A DNA stretch of 64,000 nt, taken from the NCBI GenBank assembly GCA_964106915.2, contig OZ066920.1; one strand, 5' to 3'. This DNA is from Podarcis gaigeae. Its lineage: Eukaryota. Shown here one piece after another: positions 36,724-50,182 of the stretch. The notes beneath the pieces were generated by a model. It had not been told where the DNA came from and did not search any database. It was given only the letters and a program-made list of their open reading frames with translations. A program made the position numbers and the translations under genes. Each line of letters opens with the position of its first letter. Position 1 is the first letter of the stretch.

Positions 36724-37487
36724 GGGTCCAAGTATTGGATCAATATTGAAACTGGTCTTTTCTCTTCAGTGCCCACCCCCTCAGCTACACTGAGTGCAAA
36801 TGAGGACCTTTAGGTATCATCAGCCCTGAGCCAGTAAGTGCTACAGTCACTGAAGTCATCAGTACAGAAGAATAATTGCCATGACCAGATTCTCCCAAAT
36901 TAGTAAGAATACCATGGAGGTTGGTTTGGGTAACTCTCCTTTCAGGTCTTGGGCTGCCCACTATAGGATCCTCATGCTTTCTAACCTACATAGCACTTGC
37001 TAGTTGTGGCACATTTAAAAAGAATGGCTGGGGTCCAAATACAGCCAGTCTTTAATTATTGACTGCCTAGCAGATGAGAAAGCTCCTGTCATTCATCCTC
37101 TCATTCGGCCAATTTAGCAACAAGAACAAAATACTACCATTCAGCCCCAATTGGAGATACTGCCATGCCAAAACAGAGGCCTAGAGATGGTGCCGCCATA
37201 CCCACCACAACTGTCCACAGAGGCAGCATTGAGAACATGCTGCACAATTTACACCTCCGAAAGATTAAAGTAAAAGCGTCTTCTGTGGAGTTCAAAGATA
37301 CACATAAAAAGGTTGCATCCACATTACACATGACCTCCTACATTAAAACAATGGGTTAAGCATTGCATCCAGTGCTCAATTAAATACCAACAATTTGATC
37401 AGTGAAATCCAATCTGCACTGTTAAATGAAACAGGGAAACTGTAGATCCGAACTATGATGTCAAAGTACTTTGTACAATGTTCTTCA
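36724..37487. repeat. Intergenic segment duplicated at 47338-48143
   Basis: Co-linear, >90% identical by eye, one ~45-bp indel. Confidence 0.9.
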
Positions 37488-37747
37488 ACATGAACCACAA
37501 GTAGCCTATTCAGACTTTTGTAAGGACTCTAGTATATCTGAAATTAACATCATTTTAGACCTAGTGAAGCCATATCATATTATTTTAAATCCAGGTAGCT
37601 ACAATGCACTACTGGTGAAAAATGATACATTGTACTCCAATAATTCAATGTTGTAGTTGACCATTCTTGATTCAAAAGGAAATAATTATCTTCCTCATTT
37701 ACTATATTATTTAATGTTCAAGCTACTTATGCTGGAAAGCCGGAATA

Positions 37748-37998
37748 CGATCGTACTTTGTATCCCAAACACCCTGGAACTCGGACGTTTTGGCTCCCGA
37801 ATGCCGCAAACCTGGAAGTGATTGTTCCGGTTTGCAAACATTCTTTTGGAACCCAAATGTCCAATGGGGGTTCCGAGACCTCTGATTGGCTGCAGGAGCT
37901 TCCTGCATCCAATCAGAAGCAACAATTTGGTTTTCAAACATTTTGGAAGTCAAACAAACTTCTGGAACAGATTCTGTTCGACTTCCAAGGTCTGACTG
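37748..37998. mobile_element. Tc1/mariner-pogo (Tigger-like) MITE
   Basis: TA-flanked degenerate TIRs CGATCGTACTTTG / CAAGGTCTGACTG; internal palindrome CTGATTGGCTGCAGGA-GCT-TCCTGCATCCAATCAG. Confidence 0.7.
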
Positions 37999-38511
37999 TA
38001 CAACCTGGGAGTAAGCACGATTGAACTCAATAGCACACGACTCTGCCATACAGAAAGAAGTGCACCTCCTCAATGACATAATAAAAACGTCGGCACATTC
38101 CACACCCATTCATAAGATTAAATGAGCAATATATATATCCATCTAACTTCATTTAATTTCATGTTCCCACTATTCAAATTCCAAAGCTTAAATCCTAAGC
38201 ACTCTTACTTGAGAGAAAGTCACACTGAATTCAACAGGACTCACATCTGGGTAGATATGGTTAGGACTGAACTGAAAATCTCAAAATGCAATGGAGAAAA
38301 TAGACTACACCTGAAACAGATAGTTTAGCCTCAGCTGTTTACTATATATAAAGAAGGTGATGATTTATGAATCTAGATGGAAAATTAACTAAAGACTGAA
38401 AATTTAAAAGGCAGGTACATATGCTGCATAAAAAGGTTGTATTGCAATGCCACTTAATGGTAAAGAACTACAGAGTGTACAACACATGTAAATACAGAGA
38501 ACAAACCTTAC

Positions 38512-40932
38512 CTCTTCACCATTAGCCATCTCAGAATGAAAATTGTTTCCTTCATTGCCTGTAAAAGGCACAGCAGGTTTCTCACCGCTAAGAATATTGT
38601 CTACCATCTGAACATTGGGTGTCAGGAAGGCAAACTCATTCTTCCTGGTCTCAGAAGACAGACACAGCTGGTAGGAATAGGGCAAAGTCCCATCTTCAAA
38701 GTTGGGTGGGAAGATGGCACCATTCTTGGAATGGGGAACAGGACCAAAGCACTGTAGGAACCTGGGATGCCCTGATTGACGGAGCTTCATTGTAACGGCC
38801 AGAATCACAGTCAAGAGGAACAAGAAGGAGATCACAGCTAAGGCCAGCACCAAGTAGAACTGCAGGTCAGACTGATACTCCGAGCTGCTGGGTTGGCTCT
38901 TCATTTCCGGAAGGGCCTCCTGAAAGTTCTCAGCAAACACCAGGTTCAGAGTAATGGTGGCCGAGAGAGACGGCTGCCCGTTATCCTTCACCATAACGAC
39001 CAGTCTCTGTTTCACAGCGTCTCTCTCCACAAAGGCCCTGGCGGTCCTGATCTCTCCAGTATGAGAACCAACCGTGAAGAGTGCCGGCTCAGTGGCCTGA
39101 GTCAGGTGGTAGGAGAGCCAGGCGTTGTGTCCAGAATCTGCATCCACGGCCACCACCTTGGTGACAAGATAATCTGCCTCGGCCGAACGAGGCACCATCT
39201 CAAACAAGGCTGAGCCCTTGGCTTCTTGTGAGGGGGACAGGATACGAGGGCTGTTATCATTCCTGTCAAGAACAAACACTTTGACGGTCACATTGCTGCT
39301 GAGAGGGGGAGAACCCCCATCTTGGGCCTTCACTTGCAGATGGAGCTCTCTGAATTGTTCATAGTCAAAGGATCTCTGGGCATAGATGGTGCCAGTCTCA
39401 GAATTAATGGAGATATAGGAGGAGATGGGAAGCTCCTCGATGTTGCTATTGAGTATGGAGTATGTGATCCGTGAGTTCTGGTCGATATCGGGATCAGAGG
39501 CTTTGATGGTGAAAATGGAGGCACCTGAAGGATTGTTTTCTGGCACATAGATAACATATGAAGATTTCTGAAAGGAAGGGGCATTATCATTGATATCCGA
39601 AACCTGTAGTGAGATCGTTTTGTGTGTGGAAAGAGGCGAAGTTCCTTTGTCAGTGGCTGTGATTGTAATATTATATGCAGGAGCTTTTTCTCTGTCCAAA
39701 GGGCTGACTGTCAGAAGTTTGTAGAAATTGTTAGATGAGGAAATAATCTTGAAGGGCAAATCACTGTTTAAATAGCAGGTAACTTTTCCATTATCACCAG
39801 CATCTTTGTCATTTACATTGATCAGAGCAATTAAGGTTCCAGATGGTGAATCTTCAGGAACAGGGCTGAACATGGAGGTTAAGGTCACATCCGGGGCATT
39901 ATCATTCTCATCAAGAACCCTTATCTCAATATTGCAATGAGTCACCAATCCTCCGCCATCTTTTGCAGCAACCGTCATAGTATATTCATCGTTGTCCTCA
40001 AAATCCAGTCGCTCCAAGAGGTTGATTACGCCACCAATGGGATCTAGACTGAATTTCTCTTGGGAAGTTGCTGGTATGTTGCTGAAATGATACCTGATTT
40101 GGGCATTTGTACCTTCATCATCATCAGAGGCTATGACCTGGAGCACCGTGGATCCAATAGGAGCATTTTCACTCAAACTGACCTTGTACACCTCTTGAGT
40201 GAAAATGGGAGGGTTGTCATTGGCATCAGTGATATTAATCCGTATCTGTGCTGTTCCAGTTTTCCTAGGCTCACCCCCATCCATAGCGGTAAGAACCAAG
40301 TGAAGGGTCTGCTCTTTTTCCCGATCCAAAGATTTCTGCAACACCAGTTCTGCATATTTATTTCCATCTTTTCTCTCTCTAACTTCCAAATTGAAGTACT
40401 GATTGGAGCTCAGCTGGTAATCCTGGAGAGAGTTCATCCCAATGTCAGGATCTTCCGCTTTCCCAAGGAGAAATCGAGTGCCTAGTAAAGTGGATTCAAG
40501 GATCTCTAAATTGATATTGCTATTCAGGAACTGGGGTGCATTATCATTAACATCCTGGATTTCTACTGTGACATGGAAAACATTCAGAGGGTTTTCTACC
40601 ACAACTTCAAACTGAACAAAGCAAAGTGGATTTCTGCCACATATCCCCTCCCTATCAATCCTGTCATTTACATAGAGGTTTCCATTCTCTGCATTGATAC
40701 TGAAATGCTGCATTTTAGCCACAGACACAGTGTGCAGATTGCGATGTTTTAGCTCTTTGGTGCTCAGTCCCAGGTCCTTGGCGAGGTTCCCCACAACGGA
40801 ACCCTTTGCCATCTCCTCAGGGGTTGAATAATGAATCTGCTCTGATGCAGCCCAACAGGTAAAAGACAATAGAGAGAGAAGCAGTACTTGCCTTGTGAGT
40901 GCCCTGCCATTCCCTGGGTGCCTTCTCTCCAT
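38512..40932 (-). CDS. Protocadherin gamma-B-like variable exon 6 (subfamily Y)
   Basis: ORF 38404..40932; donor GAG|GTAAGG at 38512/38511. Confidence 0.95.
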
Positions 40933-41204
40933 CTGGCTGGTTCTCTCAAAAACAGGCTGCTTCCTTTTCTCAGTTTCCTATGCTCAAGCTCTCACAGTGA
41001 TGAAGGAAACAACATGAGGTATCACTGAAAAAGAATAAACTGCCCTTGTTCTTATAGGTGTGCAAAGCAAAAGAGATTTTTCCTTCTCTGCAAGAGTTCC
41101 CTGTCTCTGTGCTCTTCAGCTGACTTGATCTGAATAGCAGTGATGGGAGTTACTGCAGTCTAGGAAGCATCAATGGATCTCTATCCTCTCTCTGGCTCTC
41201 ATAC

Positions 41205-41245
41205 TGGCCAACACTGACACTTAGAGGACCACTCAAGGAACTGCA
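41205..41245 (-). promoter_or_regulatory. CSE / CTCF site, exon 6 (CpG-less)
   Basis: Same sequence as the exon 3 CSE. Confidence 0.75.
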
Positions 41246-42377
41246 AGGAAAACCATGTTGTGCAATGTACAGTACTTTCCCTTTAACAAATTTCAAGTTA
41301 TTTGCTTTCAGTTTGTACACATTAAAGCAACAGCTCCTCTGATTGCTGCGCATAACAGCTCACAAGACTCAAAACCCAGTCTGGAGATATACAGCCTATT
41401 GAAAACATGTTTTGCGTTGATGTCTATCCCACTGAAATTGAACCCCATTGAATGGAAGCTACATACCCAAGGGATCTCCAGCAGAGCATTGCCTCACTTT
41501 AACATGCTTATAGTCCTTTGTCAGTCTATCATACAACATCAGGGCACACAATTCCTTTCATTAAAATGTAGCAACATAAGAAGAGCCTTGCTGGATCAGA
41601 CCTAAGGCCTTTCTTATTAAGCAGCTTGTCTCCCACTGTGGCATCTGGAGGCATCCTGCTTCTAGTACCTGACGGGATATAGTCAGCACGACTTGCGACC
41701 ACCATGAAGTTGTCTATAAGGCATCCACGTTAGTGGCCATCACAGCTTTTTGTGGGAGCAATTCCCATAAGTTATTTATTTATTAAAATGTGTAAAGTAT
41801 GTGTGATTGTTCTGTATAAATAAAAATAATGTCTGGATACAAGTTTCAATAGTTTTATATTATACACTCTAAGAAAGCATACCGATTTATAAAGTTTCTA
41901 ACAGTGTGTGTGCGTCTGTATTATCTTGAACCTTATTGCACAAATTAAGTATGAAAATGGTCTATTTTTCCACAACAATGTTATCAGTCTCCCCACTCTG
42001 ACTCTTACCATATTCATTAGTTTAATGATAGATAAAATATCCCATACCCTAATAATCCACTCCTGTAAAGCTGGTGTTCTTAACCACACACTCCACTCAA
42101 CTTATACCAAATAGTTGTTCTTGCTATAGTTAGTAAATCTTGGACTAATACTCTGCTAGTATTCAACCCTTAAGACAACTGAATAAAACAATCAGAATAA
42201 CTGTTGATAAAGTGTATCCTGTTATTATTTCAACTTCCCTTATTATAAACACCCGGAACCTTTCATTTCAGGACATGCCCCACAAAAATGTTGCATCCTA
42301 GCATTGGTTGCCTTGCACCTCCCACTTAAATTACTTGCTGTCCTGTAGATGTGGTTGAAATGTGGCACTGGAAGGAC

Positions 42378-42500
42378 CATATCGCTTCTCCCTTGTCTTT
42401 GATCTAAACTAAATATTGTTAAGCGTTGCATTTTTTCCGAATAAAGAAGTTGTTCCACCCACTTGACCATCTTAGTTGCCCTTTTCTGAGCATTCAGCAT
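42378..42500 (-). mobile_element. CR1 ORF2 fragment
   Basis: AQKRATKMVKWVEQLLYSEKMQRLTIFSLDQRQGRSDM. Confidence 0.75.
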
Positions 42501-43033
42501 CTCATACAAGATCTTTATACGTAAATCTTCCAGAGAAGTCCAAAACACTCCAAAAGATCTACTATGAACAAATAGGAAGCATTCATGTTCTACACATTTT
42601 TCAGTTAACTCGAACCAGAACAGGATGAATAAACTATGTGAGTGAACGAAGTAAAAATCCACATATTTAACCTCTAGGAGGAACTAAAAAATAACTACTG
42701 TATATAATGATAGTGATATTTTAATAACCTACAGGAAGAAAATTACTAGAAGGAAGAACAGGATATAAATTCCATAATTCATGAAGACTCACCTGAATGT
42801 CATTTTCAGACTTAGCATTGAATTTGCCTCTGTCATTGCAATTTGTAGACTACTTGTAAAAAAAGTTTTCTACAGTCTGAACAGCTGGTGCTAGTAATAT
42901 AATTTGATTTTTTTTAGTTCTCTCATTTAGTAAATCAGGCAGTTAAGAGGAAGACAACTAAAAATACTAGTTTTGCTCATACAAGGAGCAAGGTTGTGGT
43001 GCCTACATCACAGTTTCTGAAAGCAAAGCTTAC

Positions 43034-45463
43034 CTGCTCACCAACCTCCTCTTTGGCACTGGCATCCCCACAGTTGCCATCCACAAGAACCACCTGAGAG
43101 CTATCATTGCATAGCAAGTTTTCTGCCACCTGGATATGGGGTTTGGGGAAAGAGATCTGCTCTTTCCTCATCTCTGATGATAGGCAGAGTTGGTAGGAAT
43201 AAGGTAAAGTTCCTTCTTCATAGTTTGGTGGAAATATGACCTGCGCCTTAGAAAAAGCATTAGGTTCAAAACATTGGAATAATTTGGGATTTCCTGATTG
43301 TCGAAGTTTCATGACAATGACCAATATCACCGTCAGAAGGAATAAAAATGAGATCAATGCCAAAGCCAGCACCAAGTAAAACTGGAGGTCAGAATGATGT
43401 TCTGTGTCACTGGATTGCCTAGTCATTTCTGGAAGTGCCTCTTGGAAGTTCTCGGCAATCACAAGGTTGAGGACCACAGTAGCTGAGAGCGAAGCCTTCC
43501 CATTGTCTTTCACCAAGATGACCAGCTTCTGCTTCACAGCATCTTTCTCCAGAAGGGCTCGTGACGTCCTGATCTCTCCCGTGTGGGTCCCAATGGTGAA
43601 GAGGGCCGGCTCTGTGACCTGCAGCACTTGGTAGGAGAGCCAGGCATTGTGCCCAGAGTCCGCGTCCACAGCCACCACTTTGGTCACGAGGTAGCCTGGC
43701 TCTGCTGAATGAGGAACCATCTCAAACAAGGCAGAGCCCTCAACACCCGGGACAGGATACAGAACTCGAGGGCTGTTATCATTCTGATCCAAAATGTACA
43801 CCCACACGGTGGCGTTGTTGCTGAGAGAGGGAGAGCCGCCATCTTGGGCCTTCACTTGGATCTGAAACTCCCGGAATTGCTCATAGTCAAAAGAGCGCTG
43901 TGCATAGATAGTTCCCGTCTCAGAGTTGATGGAGACGTAAGAGGAGAGAGGCAGCTCCTCCATGTTGCTGTTGAGGATGGAGTAAGTGATACGTGAGTTG
44001 CGGTCCAGATCTGGGTCCGAGGCTTTGATGGCAAAAATCGAGGCACCTGAGGGATTGTTTTCAGGCACAAAGACACTGTAGGTTGGTTTTTCAAAGGCAG
44101 GGGGGTTGTCATTGATGTCTGAAATCTGCAGGGAGATGGTTTTGTTGGAGGAGAGAGGGGGGCTACCTTTGTCGGTGGCTGTGATTGTGATGTTGTATCC
44201 TGAGGCTTTTTCTCTGTCCAAAGGACTGTCTGTGAGGATTTTATAGTAGTTCTTAGATGTTGACACTATTTTAAATGGTACATTACTTTGTAAGTGGCAT
44301 GTACTTTTTCCATTTTCTCCAGAATCCCTATCCTTTACGTTGATGAGAGCTATTACTGTTCCAAAAGCAGAGTCTTCAGGAACTGGACTAGATAAGGAGG
44401 CCAGAATGATCTCTGGTGCATTGTCATTCTCATCTAGAATCTTTATATTGACATTACAATGAGCCACTAATCCTCCTCCATCTCTTGCTTCAACTGTCAT
44501 AGTGTACTTCTCTGTTTCCTCAAAGTCAAGAGCTTCCTTAATTGTAATTGTTCCATTTTGTGGAAATAGGTCAAATTTTTGGTAGGCTCTTTTAGGAATA
44601 TTACTAAATGTATAATGAATTTGGGCATTCAGACCTTCATCTCTATCAGAGGCTTTTACTTGGAGTATGGGGGAACCCACACGAGAATTTTCCCTCAGGT
44701 TAACTGTATAAACCTCTTGAGTGAAGACTGGTGGGTTGTCATTGGCATCTGTGACGTTAATCCATATCTGGGCAGTCCCAGTTTTTCTGGGTTCACCCCC
44801 ATCCAGGGCCGTAAGGATCAACTGAAGGGAGTGATCACTTTCCCGATCCAAAGATTTTTGCAACACCAATTCTGCATATTTATGGCCATCTTCTCCCTGT
44901 CGAATCTCTAGAATGAAATAGTGATTTGGACTTAGCTGGTAATTCTGGAGAGAATTAGTCCCAATATCAGGATCTTCCGCTTTCCCAGTATGAAATCTTG
45001 TACCTGGTAATGTGGATTCAATAATTTCAAGCCTCATGATTTCATTTAAGAACTGTGGCATATTATCATTAATGTCTTGAATTGCTACAATAATATGGAA
45101 AACATTCAAAGGATTTTCAACCACAGCTTCAAAATTAATTAGACAGTGTACACTCTCCCCACATATTTCCTCACGATCTATCCTTTCATTTACATACATG
45201 TTTCCATTTTGTGCACTGATAGTGAAATATGGCTTTTTACCTTCAGAAAGGATATGCAGGTTTCTGTTCTTCAGTTCTCTGGCATTCAGTCCTAGATCCT
45301 TGGCAAGATTTCCCACCAAAGACCCCTTTGCCATCTCCTCAGGGATGGAATAGTGAACCTCTTCCAAAACTGCTCCACAAATCAAAGATGAAAATATCAG
45401 AAGTGTTATATACCTCCCTGATGTTTGAAAGCTCTCTCCATGAAGGATTCCTCTCATCTTCAT
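43034..45463 (-). CDS. Protocadherin gamma-B-like variable exon 7 (subfamily X)
   Basis: ORF 42977..45487; first ATG 45463 (MKMRGILHG); donor CAG|GTAAGC at 43034/43033. Confidence 0.95.
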
Positions 45464-45702
45464 TTTCCTCTTCTGTTTGATGAGCACAGGATTTCAGATT
45501 TCCACGAAGACAGATTTTATTTTGCCCAGTAAAAGAAAGAACTGGATCTTTTGGTTTAATTAGTATATGCTGCAGTGTTTTCTGTTTTCCAGCTGAAACG
45601 TTTGCTCCAGCGTCTGCTGATATTCCCGATGTGCAGTTTGGGACAAAGAGATCTCTCTGCAGAAAGCATCAGTGGAACTTCAGCTGCCCTTGGATTGCCG
45701 CC

Positions 45703-45744
45703 TTGTCCAACAGTGACACTGTGAGTCTGAAGCAGAGAACTGCA
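45703..45744 (-). promoter_or_regulatory. CSE / CTCF site, exon 7 (CpG-less)
   Basis: Same sequence as the exon 5 CSE. Confidence 0.75.
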
Positions 45745-46522
45745 ATCTTTTCCCAGTGATTTTTCTTCCCAATACATGTCACAGAAGGTCTCTGTTGGTG
45801 TTTATATGTGATGACTCAAGGCAGGCTTTTAAACAGAATATGTGAACCTTCTTTACTAGGTTTAATTTTCACTCCAATCTTGATATTTTGTAGGTTAATT
45901 TTTTACTCTATGTTGATAGAGATATTTACAATTATTTCCAAACTTATTAATGTGCAGTGTTGCTGACAAAAATGGAATTACAGGCTGCACAATTAAACAT
46001 TATCATTTATCATTTATAGTATGGGACTATTAAAAAATTGAGGAAAATATATTATTGCCTATACTTAGGCCTTAGACCATGAACCTTAGACACAAGAATG
46101 TCTCCTTTTATAGGTACGCATCTTTCTGTGTTTGAGGGCATATCCTAAGGAGGCATCTTGTATTACATTGCTTATCACTGAAATTAGTCCTACATCTCAT
46201 GCTTAGTTTTGTCATCTCACCCCGTATTAGTGCTCAAATTATTGGTCTATTTGTGTAGACATCCCCTTCAATAGGTTTATTTAGCAGCTCTCAACTTTGC
46301 CATTGTTCCCCCCACATCCATGTGCTCCAGTGATCCAGTCATGGTAGATAGCTTTCTGATTTCTAGTGTTAACTTAATTTACTGTGGGATATGTGTTTCT
46401 GACCTTGCACATCTACTTCACAGTCTCTCAGGTATGGCTCATCACCCTCTTTACACAGAACAATAACATTTTAGGTTTTTCGTAAGCCAATATGTAAGGG
46501 ATCCTGAGTGTGCAGCTTGAAT

Positions 46523-46527
<5 letters not shown>

Positions 46528-46559
<32 letters not shown>

Positions 46560-46571
46560 CACACACACACG
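46528..46571. repeat. (CA)n microsatellite
   Basis: Direct reading. Confidence 0.95.
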
Positions 46572-46974
46572 AGTTAACTTCCTCTGCATGGCCTCCACTG
46601 GTTTCCACCCACAAAGTGATGTTAGTGCCACTCTGCTGGTGCATAATTGCCCATTGTTAGTAGAGCTTTCAGCATGAATCAGATTGGAATAATCACTTTC
46701 AGTTTCTGGAGTTCAAATGCTTCATTCATGCAGAAACTATCTACAGGATGATTAGTGATGAGAGAGAGAAACAGAAGACATCTTATCTCAACAAGTTGGG
46801 AGACAACAACAAAATCGCTCAGCTTTTAGGGGTGAAGTTAACTTAGACATAATAGATACAAACAAGTGCTCACTAGATTGTTACACAATCAAGGATTAAT
46901 TATAAATTATTAGCAGATGACATCCAATTGTCTTACGGACTACACTCTGGATTTGTGTAGGGGATAGCCTACAA

Positions 46975-47335
46975 GGCATCAGAGTTTTGGATCAGAGTTT
47001 TCCTTCTCCTAAATGTGTTACCTTCCCAGGGTGAAGAGGAAGTGATCTGCCACTCACTTCCCTCTACGGCATGTGCAGTAACCACCTTCTTGATTGCTGA
47101 ACCCACTATTATTTTGTCTGCTCAATCCACCAGAACTTGTCTTCACATGCAGAGAAAGTCCTTAACTCACTGAGGGTTTGAGACCCATCAGCTACCCTCA
47201 CTTGCTTTAGCCAGTCAGTCAAAGTCATATCCCAGGATGTGGCCACTGCCATAGTGCCTGTGTGCATGGTGGGGACCAAAGACAGACAAACTACCTCAGA
47301 AGTAGGATGACGTTTCTCCCTTGATGCCCACCCGC
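46975..47335. mobile_element. Probable interspersed-repeat fragment (RTE-like UTR; family uncertain)
   Basis: GGATCAGAGTTTTCCTTCTCC..TACCTTCCCAGG motif recalled from squamate repeats; not verified. Confidence 0.4.
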
Positions 47336-50182
47336 TAGGGTCCAAGTATTAGATCAATATTGAAACTGGTCTTTGCTCTTCAGTGCCCTCCCCCCCAGCT
47401 CCACTGAGTGCAAATGAGGACCTTTAGGTATCATCAGCCCTGAGCCAGTAAGTGCTACAGTCAATGAGGTCATCCGTACAGATGAGTAATTGCCATCACC
47501 ATATTCCCCCAAGCTAGTAAGAATGCCATGAAGGTTGGTTTGGGTAACTCTCCTTTCAGGTCTTGGGCTGCTCACTATACAATCCTTATGCTTTTTAACC
47601 TACATAGCACTTGCCAGTTGCGACACATTTAAAAACAATGGCTGGGGTCCAAATACAGCCAGTCTTTAATTACTGACCGCCTAGCAGATGAGAAAGCTCC
47701 TGTCATTCATCCTCTCATTTGGCCAATTTAGCAACAAGAACAAATACTACCATTCAGCCCCAACTGGGAACTGATAGATCCTGCCTTGTTTGAAGCTAGA
47801 AGGAGAAGGCCAGATACTGCCATGCCAAACAGAGGCCTAGAAAATGGTGCCACCATGCCCACCACAACTGTCCACAGAGGCAGCATTGAGAACATGCTGC
47901 ACAATTTGCACCTCCAAAAGATTAAAGTAAAAGCATCTTCTGTGGAGTTCAAAGATACACATAAAAAAGTTGCATCCACATTACACATGACCTCCTACAT
48001 TAAAACAATGGGTTAAGCATTGCATCCAATGCTCAATTAAATACCAACAATTTGATCAATGAAATTCAATCCTCACTGTTATATGAAACAGGGAAACTCT
48101 AGATCTGAACCATGATGTCAAAGTACTTTGTACAATGTTTTTCACAATTGTTCACAGAGGCAGCACTGAGAACATGCACAACCATTTATATCTCCATATG
48201 ATTAAAGCAAATGCATCTTCTGTGGAGTTCAAAGATGCACGAAAGAAAGGTTGCATCCACATAACAGATGAAGTCCTGTATTGAAATAATGGGTTACATG
48301 TTGCAGCCAATGTTCAATTAAATGCCAACAATTTAAGGAGAGGAACCCAATTCTTGCTATTGAATGGAACAGGGAAATTCTGTATCTGAACCACCGGAGG
48401 TGTGGGTGTTGGGGTGTATTACAATGATCTTCAATATAAACTATAGGCAACTATTCAGACTTGTAAATATAAGCAGCCTAGTACTAGATTAAAATCAATT
48501 TATAACATAAATCCAGATTGCTACAGCTCATTACAGGTTAAAAACGATACAGATACACTATATTGGGTGATAATAATAATAGTATAGTAATAGTAATAAC
48601 TGTAATAGTAATAGTAATAACTGGGTGAATGTTGTAGTTGTCCATTCTTGAGTCAAATTGATGCCAAAAAACACAAGGTACTTAGATTATCATGTCACAA
48701 AGTACTTTATGCAAGGTATACATGTGCGTTGTGTGTGTATGTGTGTAACCAACCCCCCCCCCCGAACAAATCTTGAAAAAAAGAGATTTATAACTAGCCT
48801 AGCTTTAGGGAGATTTAAGTAAATCATAAGCCCCCCCCCCCATGCCATTTTTATTGTGACTCATGATGATGTATGAATGCTTATTTTGTTTTTGGTTCTT
48901 TGTTAATGTTCTTGATTTTGTTTTGTGGACTATGAGAGCTGTAATGCTTTGTGAATTTTATAATATGACTTTTCTTGTGGCTGTACTGTTTAGCCTATTT
49001 TTAAACTTGTTTTGTTAAAAGTGTATTTTAAAAGGTGGTTGTTTTACTTTAATGATGATTTGTTTATTATTTTATATGATTTTTATTGTGCTTGTGATGT
49101 TCTACTGTGTTATTTATAGTACAATAAGCCGCTTTGTGACTAATGTGAGTGAGTGTCCCATATTTTCCTGCTGAAATCCTGCAACTTTTTATAACACCAA
49201 TGTTCTGGTTTATTCTTTGTCCCACTTTCATTATACAGTACTGCCCCTACAAATGGCAATAGTTTAACTAGCAAGTAGTGATATTTTTCATGTAAGTTTA
49301 TGTAAATCTTATTACCTAGTTTAGATTTTGTTACCTTGCTCTGTGCTGAGGATTAATGCAATGACAGCTATTCTCTTCAAAAATGCAATAACACTGGGGA
49401 GGCAGCTCAAAACAACTAATAAAGAAGAATGATGTGTGGACAATCCAGTATACATTGCCTATTAATACACTATTATAGTGTCAAATGTTGAAGAATGCAC
49501 CAGCAGAACAAAGAACAAAATTGCAATATCCCCTGAAAGTAGTATGTACTTATAAGCAAAAGTATGCATATCACTGAAGATATTTTCTGCCAACAGAAAG
49601 AAGTATATTTCCTTGATTATATAGTAAAAATAATAATAAAAATGACACACTCTAAACCACGTGCCATAAAAGGAGCACAAAAACCTCACTTCTTATCATT
49701 TAATATTAAATTTATTTAAGCACTAAAGCTGAGATTGTAAGCCATCTTCCCTGGAAGTAAGCCTTGTTGAATTCAATACAACTACTGAGTAGATATTCTT
49801 GGGATTGAACTGTCAATATAAAACAAAACAAAACAAAACAAATCAGAAAATGGAATACCCCAACTGACTACGAAATAGCTAATTGCACCAGGTGGTTTAG
49901 CCTCAGCTACTTAGAATAGATAGGAAAGATGATGACTCATGAAGGCTTTTATATTGCAAGCTGCCATGTGATCTTTGGATGAAAGGCAGTATAGAAGGCT
50001 AATAATTAAAATGAACATAAAAAACGAAATAAAGCCCCACCTATTGATTTCTATATGAAAAACTAACTAAAGACGGAAAAAGGCAGGTACACTTGCAGTA
50101 TAAAAGGTTGTATGGAAATGTCACTTAACAGTAAAGAACTACAGAGTGTACCATGCATGTAACTGCAGAGAACAAATCTTAC

